DNA from: a virus
Taxonomy: Duplodnaviria > Caudoviricetes
DNA length: 62,919 nt
Strand: one strand, 5' to 3'
Virus record (IMG/VR): IMGVR_UViG_3300021962_000100
Location: 1 to 62,919 of that record
Below the pieces are notes generated by a model. The model did no database searches. It worked only from the letters and a program-made list of their open reading frames with translations, and was not told where the DNA came from. Below are positions 47,748 to 58,888 of this stretch, in pieces. A program made the position numbers and the translations under genes. Numbering within the stretch: position 1 is the first letter of the stretch; each line of letters begins with the position of its first letter.

Positions 47748-49967
47748 TTACAACATTCCTAGCATATATTTCTCTGCATTTTTAGTTGTATCATCTGCTG
47801 CAAGCATAATCTTAATAATTTCTGCATCAACATGCTTAGGATGTACATACCAGTCTTCATAAGGACAATCATCATTAGGAGAGATGTTACTTGCAATAAG
47901 CATATAACCTTTACTTAGTAAGAAGTTTCTAGACTTTGTTCTAAAAGATTTTGTTATGTCTGTATAGTAGTCATGTTCATATGTAATTACTCCAAAAGTA
48001 CACTGATCCCAAGGTAACATTGTAAGGATCTCATAAGTAGTTCCTGGTGGTTCACAGTCAACTTGCAAGTAGTCAATGTGACCTTTAAGTATAGAGTAAT
48101 CAAACTTTGTTGCGTCACATAATATAATCTCATTCTCTCTTTGTTGTTTAAACTTAGTAACCTCATGTTCTAAGATTTCTAATGATGTACCTGTCCAACC
48201 CCATTTTTCTAGCAATGCTGTGTTACTACCATGGAATGGATCTGCCGCACCAATTTCAAAGTATCTACCATTCTTCTTACCATTGAGCATGCTAAGTGTA
48301 AACATATCCTGATATGTTTGAGAAAAGTTTTTCATGATAGTTTCTGATCCAGGAAACTTGTATCTTAATTTATCATGCAAACCTTTATGATATCTTAAAA
48401 ATGGATCTGGTCCAGAACCTAATGACGTTATATTAGTCTGTACTAATTTTTTATATTTATCAGATAGTATATCCGCATTTGCAACAAGTTCTAAAAAGAT
48501 TTCTCTAGATTCTTTTCCTCTACCTATCCACCATGCAGCTACAGCTCTTTGAAAACCAAGTTGATAACCTCCTTCATATCCTAGATTAGTAGTTATAGGT
48601 TTTGCATAAATATGATTTCTTAAACCCATTACAGCATAACTATACATTTGGTGATAGTTCTTTTGTTTCTCATAATACTCACTTAAGAATAAATATGCTT
48701 CGGGTCTACCTGGTTCAAAATTTAGAGCATTTAACCAAAGACCAAGTTCAGTAACAGGTCTTCTTGTAAGTGTAGCCAAACACTTAGCAACCATTAATAT
48801 AGCCTCATATGTTCTATCAGCATTTTGAGAATACTCAGCCGTTCTTAGATAATAAGACATTGCTGATGCATAATGTCCTTGTGTAAAATAGAATTCTGCA
48901 AGTTCAAATGTTTTATCAGCATTGTACGGATCATTGATAAATGACTCTAGTTTATATGGAGTTGTTCCTTTAGAATTTACTTTATCAACTCTATCAGTAA
49001 AATTGCATACATCTTCAATTACATCTGCAGGAACTTTTAAGATATAAGCTGTTGAATCTTGGAATCCAAATGGAATAATAAAGTTTTCACCATCAAATGC
49101 TAAACCACATGAGAATTCAATAGCACCTGTCATAAACTTAAACTCATCTGAGTGGTGTATTATTTTCCAGTCTTTATCCCATACAATAAATCTGTGATAA
49201 TAATGAGCATCTTTTCTTCCTTGTTCATTATACCAAAGATCTACTTCATGGGTAAGTGCAATATACATACCACGGTATGGGATAACTTGTGAGCCCCCTC
49301 TTATATCTCTTGGAAATAGTATATCTTGTTCTACTAAATGAATAGTTTCTGAAGTGCCTTTCTCAGGATCTACCTTTACTACTTCTGTAGGATTAGTCCA
49401 TTTGACATAATGATAAGGCATATCAATAATTGGCATCCAGTTCTTTTCACAATATGATGCTTTTCCTGGAGGCTCAATTCTGACTCTCTTAGTTTCTGTA
49501 GCTTCTTTTTCTATTGTAGAAAGCTCCATTCTACCTTCACCATTAGTAGTTGTATCTCTACGTACTCCTGAAAGATATAATGTATCATCCCAGTAAACTA
49601 CTCTGGCATCTTCTAAACCAATAAATTCCCAAATAGGTGTTACATCTAACTTAGATGTGTTAACTCTCTGAAACTTATCTATAGTAAGCGTATTAGGATC
49701 TATCTGACATAGATAGTTAGTTGTTCTAAGAGTAACGTCATCCTCTGGATTAAGATATGCTAATGGTCCCCAGGGAGTTTGATATTTCTGTTCTCCTTCA
49801 CTATGATATAGTGCGTATTGAACATGTCTTAGATTCAAAAGATAATATCCATCTACTATAAGTAGAGAAGGGTTAGTTAGTCCTAACCCTTCTGTAAGAT
49901 TTGATGGTATTATTAAATAATTTACAGATCCTCCGTTTTGGAGTGCAAGTTGGCATAAGTTATTCAT
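47748..49967 (-). CDS. Fusion: beta-propeller glycoside hydrolase-like + TPR + FkbM-family methyltransferase
   Basis: GLEDARV, EKNWMP, RGGS, IEFSCGL (propeller GH); helical TPRs; SQTYQD, FEIGAAD..GSNT, IDYLQVD.E, EDWYV (FkbM). Confidence 0.75.
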   Translation of the reverse strand: MNNLCQLALQNGGSVNYLIIPSNLTEGLGLTNPSLLIVDGYYLLNLRHVQYALYHSEGEQKYQTPWGPLAYLNPEDDVTLRTTNYLCQIDPNTLTIDKFQRVNTSKLDVTPIWEFIGLEDARVVYWDDTLYLSGVRRDTTTNGEGRMELSTIEKEATETKRVRIEPPGKASYCEKNWMPIIDMPYHYVKWTNPTEVVKVDPEKGTSETIHLVEQDILFPRDIRGGSQVIPYRGMYIALTHEVDLWYNEQGRKDAHYYHRFIVWDKDWKIIHHSDEFKFMTGAIEFSCGLAFDGENFIIPFGFQDSTAYILKVPADVIEDVCNFTDRVDKVNSKGTTPYKLESFINDPYNADKTFELAEFYFTQGHYASAMSYYLRTAEYSQNADRTYEAILMVAKCLATLTRRPVTELGLWLNALNFEPGRPEAYLFLSEYYEKQKNYHQMYSYAVMGLRNHIYAKPITTNLGYEGGYQLGFQRAVAAWWIGRGKESREIFLELVANADILSDKYKKLVQTNITSLGSGPDPFLRYHKGLHDKLRYKFPGSETIMKNFSQTYQDMFTLSMLNGKKNGRYFEIGAADPFHGSNTALLEKWGWTGTSLEILEHEVTKFKQQRENEIILCDATKFDYSILKGHIDYLQVDCEPPGTTYEILTMLPWDQCTFGVITYEHDYYTDITKSFRTKSRNFLLSKGYMLIASNISPNDDCPYEDWYVHPKHVDAEIIKIMLAADDTTKNAEKYMLGML

Positions 49968-49996
49968 CTGCTGTTGGTTTTACAGCAAATATAACA

Positions 49997-50134
49997 TTAT
50001 TTTTTTTCTTCAGTTGTTTTAATTAACTGAAGTGCTTGAAGAACTTGATTAGCTTCAATTAAGTTAAACGCACCTTTCTGAGCTGCTTGATTTAAAGCAT
50101 GTTCTAAAATTTGTATTGCTTGTTCTTTATTCAT
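49997..50134 (-). CDS. 45-aa helical hypothetical protein (not in ORF track)
   Basis: MNKEQAIQILEHALNQAAQKGAFNLIEANQVLQALQLIKTTEEKK fills the intergenic gap. Confidence 0.65.
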   Translation of the reverse strand: MNKEQAIQILEHALNQAAQKGAFNLIEANQVLQALQLIKTTEEKK

Positions 50135-50139
50135 GTTGG

Positions 50140-50442
50140 TTAAGTTAAATCTATTGTTACTATATAATTTTTACCCTCTAGATTTTCAAGATATGTTTTT
50201 GCAAGTTCATGTGCAACTTGTAAGGTTTGCTGTTGACCAACACCACACTCTAATGTTACATTTAATGGAAAATCTAAATCTAATGGTTTAAGTTCTACAA
50301 ATTTATCTTTATTTTCAAAACAAGTCAAGTGAACACCTAATGTTTTTCCATTAGGCAATGCAACAAAATGCAATCTAACATAAACATTTTCAATTGAAAA
50401 GTCTATGTTTTTAAATTTTATACTATTTACTATTAGTGCCAT
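50140..50442 (-). CDS. Hypothetical protein (fibre-associated)
   Basis: 100-aa ORF in the fibre operon. Confidence 0.6.
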   Translation of the reverse strand: MALIVNSIKFKNIDFSIENVYVRLHFVALPNGKTLGVHLTCFENKDKFVELKPLDLDFPLNVTLECGVGQQQTLQVAHELAKTYLENLEGKNYIVTIDLT

Positions 50443-50451
50443 AATTTATTT

Positions 50452-50973
50452 TTATTGTAAAACAATATTATAAGTTGAACCATTTTCATCAACTACTCTC
50501 AAATATCTTTGTCCCATTATTTCAACAATTAGACTACTGGAAATATAAAATGCAGGTCCAAGTGATGCATATTGATTAAGTCCAATAAAAGACATTGAAT
50601 CAGTACCAATTTGAGCAATACCTGAATAAGGTTCAATATTTAACCAACCTAACCTATAAATTTGATTTATTTCTGATCTAAGCCAATATTCTGAACCTTC
50701 TGTAGTTATCTCAAAATACATGTTCCCAAAAGCATTTTTGTAATCACCAAATTTTATATAACTTGTTGACCATGGGCTACCATCAAAAGCAAAACTTAAA
50801 CCCCAAAAGGGAACACTACTAAAGTATTGATCTGGTGGAAATCCACCATCTAAAACACCTGGAGGAGCCCATACATATCCCATTCTTGTGTTTAATACAG
50901 AAAAACCATAACTTCCTTGAAATGAAGGAAAAGCTTCAAAAGGATCAACATGTACACCACTTATAGTTGCCAT
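50452..50973 (-). CDS. Hypothetical beta-rich protein (fibre-associated)
   Basis: 173-aa aromatic/Gly-rich ORF. Confidence 0.6.
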   Translation of the reverse strand: MATISGVHVDPFEAFPSFQGSYGFSVLNTRMGYVWAPPGVLDGGFPPDQYFSSVPFWGLSFAFDGSPWSTSYIKFGDYKNAFGNMYFEITTEGSEYWLRSEINQIYRLGWLNIEPYSGIAQIGTDSMSFIGLNQYASLGPAFYISSSLIVEIMGQRYLRVVDENGSTYNIVLQ

Positions 50974-50990
50974 TTTATATTAATTTATTT

Positions 50991-53900
50991 TTATAATAGT
51001 GTCCAAGTGCAATCTGGATCAAATCTAACTACTGAGTAATCTGTTCCTGCGGTTATATTATGACCTATTAGTCTGACATAATTACCCGAAGCACTTGGTG
51101 CAGTTTCAGTTACGTCACCTGCCGTTCTTGATACATATAGTGGTACACCATAATTACTTATTGGGTGTTGCTCGTGATAAGTAGTTGAATATATACCATT
51201 TAACAATACTGCAAATGTTCCGTTAGAACTAACATTATCAAGTGCAATACCTAATAGATTAATTGTATTTGATGTATCTGCATCTGCCAATTCCCAAGTT
51301 CCATCTGACCTTTGAGATACTAATTGTCCTTTAGAGGCTGAACCCGAAGTTGTAAAAGTAACATCAGTTAAAACAAGACCATTGTAGTAATTATCTGCCC
51401 ATCCTTGAAGTTGAGGGTATCTATTAACTTGAGAAGAACCCATATTTGCAATAGCAGTTATTCCCGATAAATCAGTTGCACCTGCCCAAAATGTATCTCC
51501 ACCTGTCCAAGTTAAGTTTTGTGAATTACCTATAAGACTTGTAGTACCAACCATTGTTAATCCACTACCATCAAATAATAAGTTTGATTCGGCAGTTGCT
51601 CCACCAGCACCATTAGATGTTAGTACTTCATTATCTGATCCTGGAATAGAACCTCCTCCACCAGTAGGCCCCTGAACACCCTGAGTACCTTGTGTACCAG
51701 TACCAATAATACCTTGTATACCTTGCGCACCAGTACTTCCCGTAGCACCTGTAGTACCTTGTGATCCTGTAGCTCCCGTTGATCCTGTAGTCCCTTGTGC
51801 ACCAGTGGCTCCAGTACTACCTGTTGTTCCCTGTGATCCAGTGGCACCGGTAGAACCCGTAGTTCCTTGAGAACCAGTAGAACCTGTTGCTCCAATAGCT
51901 CCCTGAGCACCAGTTGCTCCAGTAGTACCTATAGCTCCTTGAGCTCCTGTAGGTCCAGTTGAACCAGTTGCGCCTTGATTTCCTTGTGGACCAGTAGACC
52001 CAATGATACCCTGAATTCCCTGTGCACCTGTAGCACCTGTTGAACCAGTTGTTCCCTGACTTCCTGTTGCACCAGTAGATCCAACAGATCCTTGAGTACC
52101 TATGGCGCCTTGTGCTCCTGTACTTCCTGTACTACCTATAATTCCCTGGATACCTTGTGCTCCGGTTAAACCTGTAGTACCTGTTGTACCTTGTCTTCCC
52201 TGAATACCTTGTAATCCTTGAACACCTTGTATGCCTTGAAGTCCAGTGGCTCCTGTAGTTCCCTGTGCTCCAGTATTACCAGTTGCACCAGTAAATCCTT
52301 GAATACCTTGGGCTCCAACTCCACCAGTAGCACCTGTAGAACCTTGAGAACCTATAGTTCCTTGAAGACCAGTGCTACCTTGACTACCAGTTGCACCGAT
52401 AGAACCTTGTGTACCAATAGTTCCTTGAGAACCTGTACTACCAATTGCACCTTGTGCTCCCGTAGCTCCAGTTATGCCCTGAGATCCTACACTACCTTGA
52501 GAACCAGTAGCTCCCGTAGTACCTTGTGATCCGGTTGCACCAACACTACCTTGTGTTCCAGTTGTTCCTTGGGAACCAGTGCTTCCAACTGCTCCTTGAG
52601 ATCCAGTTGCTCCTACTGTACCTTGTGCACCTGTGATACCTTGAATACCTTGAGATCCAGTATTTCCAGTTGTTCCTGTTGTACCTTGACGGCCTTGAAT
52701 ACCCTGTACACCCTGAGTTCCTATAGTTCCTTGTGCACCGGTAGCACCCGTTGTCCCTTGACTTCCAATAGCACCCTGGACTCCTGTATTACCAGTTGTC
52801 CCTGTGGTACCCTGAGCTCCAGTGGTTCCTTGAGAACCGGTTGCTCCAGTAGTTCCTGTTGATCCTTGACTACCTGTTGTGCCTTGTGAACCAGTACTAC
52901 CAGTAGATCCTTGTGAACCAGTTGCTCCGGTTGTACCTTGTGAGCCTGTGGGACCTAATGGACCTGTTATACCTTGAATTCCTTGTATACCTTGGGAACC
53001 AGTAGCACCTGTGTTACCTGTAATACCTTGTATACCCTGAGAACCAGTAGATCCAGTTGCACCTGTAGTTCCTTGGCTACCTACAGTACCTTGAGCTCCT
53101 GTGGATCCGGTAGTTCCTTGACTTCCTGTTGCACCAGTGCTTCCTTGTGTTCCTACAGCTCCTTGAGTTCCGGTAGAACCAATTGCTCCCTGTGCACCTG
53201 TTGCACCAGTTTGTCCTTGTAAACCTGTTAAACCTTGAAGACCTGTAGTTCCCTGAGATCCGGTAGCCCCTGTTGTACCAGTGGTTCCCTGACTTCCAGT
53301 TGTACCTTGGCTGCCTATTGCTCCTTGTGATCCAGTAGCACCAGTAGTTCCAGTTGAACCCTGTGTTCCAGTAGTACCTTGTGCTCCTGTCAAACCAGTT
53401 GTACCTTGTGAACCTATAGCCCCTTGAGCACCTGTGTTACCAGTAGTTCCAGTGCTACCTTGTGATCCAGTAGTTCCCTGTGAGCCAGTACTTCCTGTAC
53501 TTCCTTGTGATCCGGTAGTTCCAGTAGTACCTTGAGCACCAACTGGACCTATTACACCTTGTATACCTTGAATACCAGTTAAACCTTGTAAACCAGTAGT
53601 TCCTTGAATTCCTTGTATTCCCTGAATACCTTGTGTCCCTTGAGATCCAGTTAAACCTGTAGTACCTTGAGACCCAGTTGTTCCTTGCGCACCCGTGGAA
53701 CCTGTAGATCCCTGACTACCCGTATTTCCTGTTGTCCCCTGAGCTCCAACAGATCCTTGTGATCCTGTTGATCCAGTAGAACCTTGCGCACCTGTAGCTC
53801 CAACAGTACCTTGACTGCCAGTTATACCTTGACTTCCTATTGTACCCTGTAAACCTACGGATCCTTGGGATCCAATAGTACCCTGACTTCCAACTGTTCC

Positions 53901-56807
53901 TTGTGCTCCGGTTGTTCCCTGAGTACCAGTATTACCAAGTATACCTTGAATACCCTGAATTCCCTGTAAACCAGTTGATCCAGTAGTCCCTTGTGAACCA
54001 ATAGTACCTTGCGCTCCAGTTGTACCAGTGCTACCTTGAGCACCAGTTGTACCTATTGCACCCTGTGTCCCAACAGCACCTTGGCTACCAGTTGAACCAG
54101 TACTTCCTTGAGAGCCTGTTGCACCTATAGATCCTTGTAATCCTAAAGTTCCTTGCACACCTTGGGATCCAAGAGTACCCTGTACACCTTGAGAACCGGT
54201 AATTCCTTGAGTTCCCTGTGAACCAGTTGTTCCTTGTACTCCTAATGTACCCTGTACACCCTGTATTCCTAATGTTCCTTGAATACCTTGGATGCCCAAT
54301 GTACCTTGAACTCCTTGAATACCAATAGAGCCTTGTGTACCTTGTGGACCTGTTACATTACCAACATCATCCCATTCAGTACCATCCCAAACCCATAAGT
54401 GTCCAGTATCTGTTGTAATATAACCATCACCTACATTTCCGGTATATGAGTTTGGATACCCAGGTAATGATGTTGAAGTAGATACACTACCTAAAATAGT
54501 TACTGAGTTACCTGAAATACCTTGTGTACCGGTTAATCCCTGAATACCTTGTATGCCTTGTAGACCAGTGATACCCTGGATTCCTTGAATTCCCTGTGTA
54601 CCTGTTGTACCCTGAGATCCAATCTGACCTTGTACTCCTAATGTTCCCTGAGTTCCTTGTATACCAAGAATACCTTGCGTGCCTTGAGCACCTGTATTTC
54701 CAGTTATACCTTGTGTACCTTGTGATCCATTTAAACCAGCAGTTCCTTGTGATCCTATAGCACCTTGTACACCAGTAGAGCCTGTAGTACCTTGACTACC
54801 AGTAGCTCCAGTAGTACCTTGATTACCTAATGTTCCCTGCACTCCTTGGATTCCCTGGACACCTTGAATACCCTGACTACCAATAGCACCTTGACTTCCA
54901 GTAACACCTTGTATACCTTGTGTTCCTTGGACACCAATAGGACCAATTTGACCCTGCACACCTTGAATTCCTTGTGATCCTACAGATCCTTGTGTACCTG
55001 TAGTACCTTGATTTCCTAAAATTCCTTGTATTCCCTGTGACCCAGTAGAGCCTTGGGTTCCTGTAATACCTTGTGAACCTGTAGAACCAGTTGTTCCTTG
55101 TGATCCAGTATCTCCTGTTATACCTTGTATACCAATAGATCCTTGAGCACCAGTGCTTCCTGTAGATCCTTGAGATCCTGTATTACCAAGTGTACCTTGT
55201 ACGCCTTGTAAACCAATACTTCCCTGAGAACCAACAGATCCCTGGGATCCAATTAGACCTTGGCTACCAGTTGTCCCTTGAACACCTAAAATACCTTGTG
55301 TACCTTGAGTACCTTGACTACCAGTAATACCTGTTGAACCTTGAGTTCCGGTTGTACCCTGACTACCAGTTGATCCTGTAGAACCCTGACTTCCAGTATT
55401 TCCCGTAGTACCTTGGCTTCCAGTCACTCCTTGTAGACCCACAGATCCTTGAGTACCCACACTTCCTTGTGTACCTATTGAACCTTGTGTACCTAAAGTT
55501 CCCTGAACTCCCTGAATACCTTGGGTGCCTTGTACCCCTTGGATACCTAATAAACCTTGTATGCCTTGAATTCCCTGAGAACCGGTTAATCCTTGTAATC
55601 CAGTGCTACCTTGACTACCTGTGTTACCTGTTGTTCCTTGTGGACCAGTTGTGCCTTGTACTCCCTGAGATCCAAGAGCTCCTTGTGAGCCAGTTGTACC
55701 TGTAGATCCCTGTGTACCAGTAGATCCTTGAGATCCAGTGCTACCAGTGCTACCCTGAGAACCTGTGTTTCCAGTGGTACCCTGCACTCCTTGAATACCT
55801 AATTGACCTTGTGTACCAGTACTTCCTTGAGTACCAGTAATACCTTGTGATCCAGTAGTACCTTGTAAACCTAATAATCCTTGAGTACCTTGAGTACCCT
55901 GTGATCCTGTAAGACCAGTTGATCCTTGAATACCAACAGCACCTTGTGAGCCAGTAGATCCAGTGGATCCCTGACTACCAGTATTACCTACAGTACCCTG
56001 TGGACCGATTACACCTTGCAATCCTTGTGTACCCTGAGTACCTATTTGCCCTTGAGTTCCTGTAGTACCTTGTTGTCCATTACTTCCTTGGACACCTTGA
56101 ATTCCTATTTGACCTTGTATACCTTGAGTACCTTGGATTCCTTGATCTCCTCTTTCCCCCTGTATACCTTGGATACCTTGTAGACCTACAATACCTTGAG
56201 AACCAGTGTTACCTGTAGTTCCCTGTGGGCCTGTAGTACCTTGCACTCCTTGTGAACCTAATGCTCCTTGAGAACCTGTTGTTCCAGTTTCTCCTTGGGC
56301 ACCTATTGTACCTTGAGCACCGGTAGATCCTGTGGTACCTTGTGAACCAGTATCACCTTTAATACCTTGTGCACCAACAGTTCCTTGAGCTCCAGTAGAT
56401 CCTACAGCTCCTTGTGGACCTATAACACCAATCTGTCCTTGAACTCCGGTAATACCTTGTACACCCTGAATTCCTAAAGATCCTTGTGTTCCTTGTGTAC
56501 CCTGAGCACCTTGTGTTCCTACTACAGTACCACTTGCAACCCAATCTACAATATACTGTAAACCTTGGGCAACTGTTGTATCCTGAGGAATAATAGTTTG
56601 TTGTGATGCATCTATATCTTCTCCTGTATATACAACACAATTAGCATCCGTTACTTCTGCACATTGTTCATCTTCAGGACAAGGATCAGGTGTAGGGCAT
56701 GCAGGCGGAGTTGTTATACCAGATGTACATACAGAACATTTTCCACAGTTATTACACCCTGTGTTAGTAAAAATACTTTCAAGTTGACTGGATCTTTTAG
56801 GGATCAT
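50991..56807 (-). CDS. Giant collagen-like fibre protein
   Basis: 1938 aa. Cys-rich N-terminus, two G-X-Y arms separated by a ~55-aa globular insert, C-terminal beta domain. Confidence 0.9.
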   Translation of the reverse strand: MIPKRSSQLESIFTNTGCNNCGKCSVCTSGITTPPACPTPDPCPEDEQCAEVTDANCVVYTGEDIDASQQTIIPQDTTVAQGLQYIVDWVASGTVVGTQGAQGTQGTQGSLGIQGVQGITGVQGQIGVIGPQGAVGSTGAQGTVGAQGIKGDTGSQGTTGSTGAQGTIGAQGETGTTGSQGALGSQGVQGTTGPQGTTGNTGSQGIVGLQGIQGIQGERGDQGIQGTQGIQGQIGIQGVQGSNGQQGTTGTQGQIGTQGTQGLQGVIGPQGTVGNTGSQGSTGSTGSQGAVGIQGSTGLTGSQGTQGTQGLLGLQGTTGSQGITGTQGSTGTQGQLGIQGVQGTTGNTGSQGSTGSTGSQGSTGTQGSTGTTGSQGALGSQGVQGTTGPQGTTGNTGSQGSTGLQGLTGSQGIQGIQGLLGIQGVQGTQGIQGVQGTLGTQGSIGTQGSVGTQGSVGLQGVTGSQGTTGNTGSQGSTGSTGSQGTTGTQGSTGITGSQGTQGTQGILGVQGTTGSQGLIGSQGSVGSQGSIGLQGVQGTLGNTGSQGSTGSTGAQGSIGIQGITGDTGSQGTTGSTGSQGITGTQGSTGSQGIQGILGNQGTTGTQGSVGSQGIQGVQGQIGPIGVQGTQGIQGVTGSQGAIGSQGIQGVQGIQGVQGTLGNQGTTGATGSQGTTGSTGVQGAIGSQGTAGLNGSQGTQGITGNTGAQGTQGILGIQGTQGTLGVQGQIGSQGTTGTQGIQGIQGITGLQGIQGIQGLTGTQGISGNSVTILGSVSTSTSLPGYPNSYTGNVGDGYITTDTGHLWVWDGTEWDDVGNVTGPQGTQGSIGIQGVQGTLGIQGIQGTLGIQGVQGTLGVQGTTGSQGTQGITGSQGVQGTLGSQGVQGTLGLQGSIGATGSQGSTGSTGSQGAVGTQGAIGTTGAQGSTGTTGAQGTIGSQGTTGSTGLQGIQGIQGILGNTGTQGTTGAQGTVGSQGTIGSQGSVGLQGTIGSQGITGSQGTVGATGAQGSTGSTGSQGSVGAQGTTGNTGSQGSTGSTGAQGTTGSQGTTGLTGSQGTQGIQGIQGIQGTTGLQGLTGIQGIQGVIGPVGAQGTTGTTGSQGSTGSTGSQGTTGSQGSTGTTGNTGAQGAIGSQGTTGLTGAQGTTGTQGSTGTTGATGSQGAIGSQGTTGSQGTTGTTGATGSQGTTGLQGLTGLQGQTGATGAQGAIGSTGTQGAVGTQGSTGATGSQGTTGSTGAQGTVGSQGTTGATGSTGSQGIQGITGNTGATGSQGIQGIQGITGPLGPTGSQGTTGATGSQGSTGSTGSQGTTGSQGSTGTTGATGSQGTTGAQGTTGTTGNTGVQGAIGSQGTTGATGAQGTIGTQGVQGIQGRQGTTGTTGNTGSQGIQGITGAQGTVGATGSQGAVGSTGSQGTTGTQGSVGATGSQGTTGATGSQGSVGSQGITGATGAQGAIGSTGSQGTIGTQGSIGATGSQGSTGLQGTIGSQGSTGATGGVGAQGIQGFTGATGNTGAQGTTGATGLQGIQGVQGLQGIQGRQGTTGTTGLTGAQGIQGIIGSTGSTGAQGAIGTQGSVGSTGATGSQGTTGSTGATGAQGIQGIIGSTGPQGNQGATGSTGPTGAQGAIGTTGATGAQGAIGATGSTGSQGTTGSTGATGSQGTTGSTGATGAQGTTGSTGATGSQGTTGATGSTGAQGIQGIIGTGTQGTQGVQGPTGGGGSIPGSDNEVLTSNGAGGATAESNLLFDGSGLTMVGTTSLIGNSQNLTWTGGDTFWAGATDLSGITAIANMGSSQVNRYPQLQGWADNYYNGLVLTDVTFTTSGSASKGQLVSQRSDGTWELADADTSNTINLLGIALDNVSSNGTFAVLLNGIYSTTYHEQHPISNYGVPLYVSRTAGDVTETAPSASGNYVRLIGHNITAGTDYSVVRFDPDCTWTLL
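51663..56519 (-). repeat. G-X-Y coding repeat (~520 triplets; G-x-Q-G-x-[QT] hexapeptide period)
   Basis: Arms at ~54513-56519 and ~51663-54350 show 9/18-nt periodicity with diverged third codon positions. Confidence 0.95.
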
Positions 56808-56816
56808 AGTAATATT

Positions 56817-57077
56817 TTATAGTTCTGCAATACTAAGATAAGCAACAAATTGAGGAGTTGCTGAGTCATAGATAACAGATTTAGATACTAAATACTGATT
56901 TGGGTTTAATGCAAATAAAGAATTGATATCAGCTTCAAGTCCATCTGCAGTTGCATTAGTCACAACAGTCTCAGTTATATTTGATAACTGACTGACACTT
57001 AAACCTTTAAGTACAGCTAACTGAAATGGGAAGTTATTCCCTTTATTTCCGTATGTCTTTAAATTTCCTATTGACAT
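56817..57077 (-). CDS. Small structural/fibre-associated protein
   Basis: 86-aa ORF in the fibre operon. Confidence 0.6.
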   Translation of the reverse strand: MSIGNLKTYGNKGNNFPFQLAVLKGLSVSQLSNITETVVTNATADGLEADINSLFALNPNQYLVSKSVIYDSATPQFVAYLSIAEL

Positions 57078-57079
57078 GA

Positions 57080-57775
57080 TTAAAATGTTTTATTTAATGT
57101 AAATAATTCTGAGTATATAGAATCTCCTGTACTTGCTGTACCCCATTGTGCAGTAACTGACAAGGTATTTAATACCGTAGTATCAAAGCCTGTACTTGTT
57201 TCTGTACTAAAATTAGTTCCTTCAAATGCATTAGAGGCATCTTTAGTATAGAAAAATATTCCTCCGGTTACTATTTCTGCGGTACCTGATCCACCAATAG
57301 CACGTACTGTAAAGTTAACATCTAATTTCCAGTGCTTATTTGTTGATCCTGCCATAGTTAATACTCCAGTATCAGCTAATACAACACTACCAGTTTTAAT
57401 TTTTATTCTAAGAGTATGGTTGTTTACAGATGAAATATGTCCAGTTGCTACTGCATGAAAACTATCTCCTACTTGAAATCCATTTGCAGGTACACTTAAA
57501 GTTCCTAAACCACCATCTAATAAAGATGATTCTGTTGTTGTATTAGTTACTGGTGTACTAGAGTTAGTCTGTGTATACAAACCGTAGTTTAATGTAGTTG
57601 GTATACCAGCATTTAACTGAGTAGCAAGATCAGAATATTTAATAATGGTAGGTTTATAACTACCATCATATTTTCCATCTCTAGTACCAACTACAAGTAA
57701 ATCATCATCTTCCAGGACAGTTTTCACCATCCTGGTTTTGATGAGATTAAATAAGTTGGTAAGATTATTTAACAT
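57080..57775 (-). CDS. Putative head/tail fibre protein
   Basis: 231 aa, Thr/Ser/Gly-rich beta C-terminus. N-terminus is paralogous to 57775-58248. Confidence 0.55.
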   Translation of the reverse strand: MLNNLTNLFNLIKTRMVKTVLEDDDLLVVGTRDGKYDGSYKPTIIKYSDLATQLNAGIPTTLNYGLYTQTNSSTPVTNTTTESSLLDGGLGTLSVPANGFQVGDSFHAVATGHISSVNNHTLRIKIKTGSVVLADTGVLTMAGSTNKHWKLDVNFTVRAIGGSGTAEIVTGGIFFYTKDASNAFEGTNFSTETSTGFDTTVLNTLSVTAQWGTASTGDSIYSELFTLNKTF

Positions 57776-58248
57776 TACGCAATAATCAAGAAATGAATTC
57801 CAACTGCAGCATTTAATGCAGCTGAACCAGCACCATTACTAAGAACTACTTTAAATGATCCATTAGCAATATCTGCAACACCTACAACTGGAATACCGGT
57901 AGCTGCTTCATCATATTCAACCGATACAAGAATTCTGGATCCAGCTGCAACAAGTGAATTGTTTACAGTGAATGAAGTTCTAGCATTAGCAGCAAGAGTA
58001 GATGATACAGTTCTGATAACACCATTTAATGCATTTACAGTAACTGCAGTAGTAATACTAGTAGCCTGAGTTACGTTTGCATCATTATATAATGATTGCA
58101 AAGGTGCTGCATTAACAGCAAGTGGAAGATATCCATCATCACGAGAAGGATCTTTTGCACCTACTGCAATTAAGTTGTCAACGTCTGTTGGAAGAGCTGC
58201 TCTATAGTTCCCAGCTTTAATCCAAGAAATAAAATTTAAAATGTCCAT
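57775..58248 (-). CDS. Putative head fibre/decoration protein
   Basis: 157 aa with VTQATSITTAVT.NA..G.I...FTV.N small beta fibre domain. Confidence 0.55.
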   Translation of the reverse strand: MDILNFISWIKAGNYRAALPTDVDNLIAVGAKDPSRDDGYLPLAVNAAPLQSLYNDANVTQATSITTAVTVNALNGVIRTVSSTLAANARTSFTVNNSLVAAGSRILVSVEYDEAATGIPVVGVADIANGSFKVVLSNGAGSAALNAAVGIHFLIIA

Positions 58249-58272
58249 GGTTATAAATATTAAATGTATACA

Positions 58273-58289
58273 TTATAATATACAAAAAA
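58273..58289 (-). promoter_or_regulatory. Putative late promoter element
   Basis: TTTTTTGTATATTATAA between a terminator and the fibre operon. Confidence 0.55.
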
Positions 58290-58303
58290 TATCTTTAATA
58301 AAC

Positions 58304-58332
58304 AAAAATCCCCGGCATAAACCAGGGACTTT
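58304..58332 (-). terminator. Intrinsic terminator
   Basis: TCCCCGG...CCAGGGA stem with A5 on its left. Confidence 0.6.
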
Positions 58333-58370
58333 CTTGACAGGGTAGGAATTAAAAAAAAAGTACACAATGA

Positions 58371-58574
58371 TTATCCTACCATATATCCAAATAAGAATGA
58401 AACTATTATAAGGGCTGCAATGGTGTAGTTTGCTATTGCACGACCTTTCTCATCCTCCATGTACATATTGTACATCTTGTTATAGATAGGTCTTGTCATG
58501 GCATTTATGACAATCCAAAACATTGCAATACATCCTATTGCAAAAGCCGCTAATAATATTTTCAACCAGATCAT
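58371..58574 (-). CDS. Small two-TM membrane protein
   Basis: 67 aa with two hydrophobic helices. Confidence 0.65.
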   Translation of the reverse strand: MIWLKILLAAFAIGCIAMFWIVINAMTRPIYNKMYNMYMEDEKGRAIANYTIAALIIVSFLFGYMVG

Positions 58575-58888
58575 AACGTATCTATTCTTCTTTGTAAATA
58601 TACTAAAGCTTTTTCTAAATCTTGTTTTTTTGTTGTCTTAGATTTCTTTCCAGCTCTAGCTAAATATTTAATTACATTACCAAGATAGAAATCTTTATCT
58701 AATTCCCAAGCTTCTAGAACATTAAAAACTTCATATGTAGAATCTTTTCCACCATAGTGATCAGGCCTGATAGGATCATTAAGAATAATAATCCTAGAAC
58801 TAACATCAATAGGTTTAGTAGTGATCTCCTCTTTAGAACAGGCAACTTTTTTGTACTGTTCTTCACTTTCTTGACTAAAGTTTACCAT
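58571..58888 (-). CDS. DUF3310 / T7 gp1.7-like protein
   Basis: PDHYGG...FYLGNVIKYLARAGKK...DLEKALVYL signature. Confidence 0.85.
   Translation of the reverse strand: MVNFSQESEEQYKKVACSKEEITTKPIDVSSRIIILNDPIRPDHYGGKDSTYEVFNVLEAWELDKDFYLGNVIKYLARAGKKSKTTKKQDLEKALVYLQRRIDTL

Noticed and set aside
2956-47862. Short shadow ORFs (e.g. 3779-4216, 10103-10333, 26076-26429, 35644-36963, 44626-45003)
   Set aside because: Antisense or out-of-frame within long conserved genes, with no recognisable motifs.
51620-56640. Alternative-frame and antisense ORFs within the collagen gene; repeat as CRISPR or DGR
   Set aside because: These are by-products of G-X-Y codon periodicity. There are no unique spacers, no reverse transcriptase and no adenine-specific TR/VR pair.
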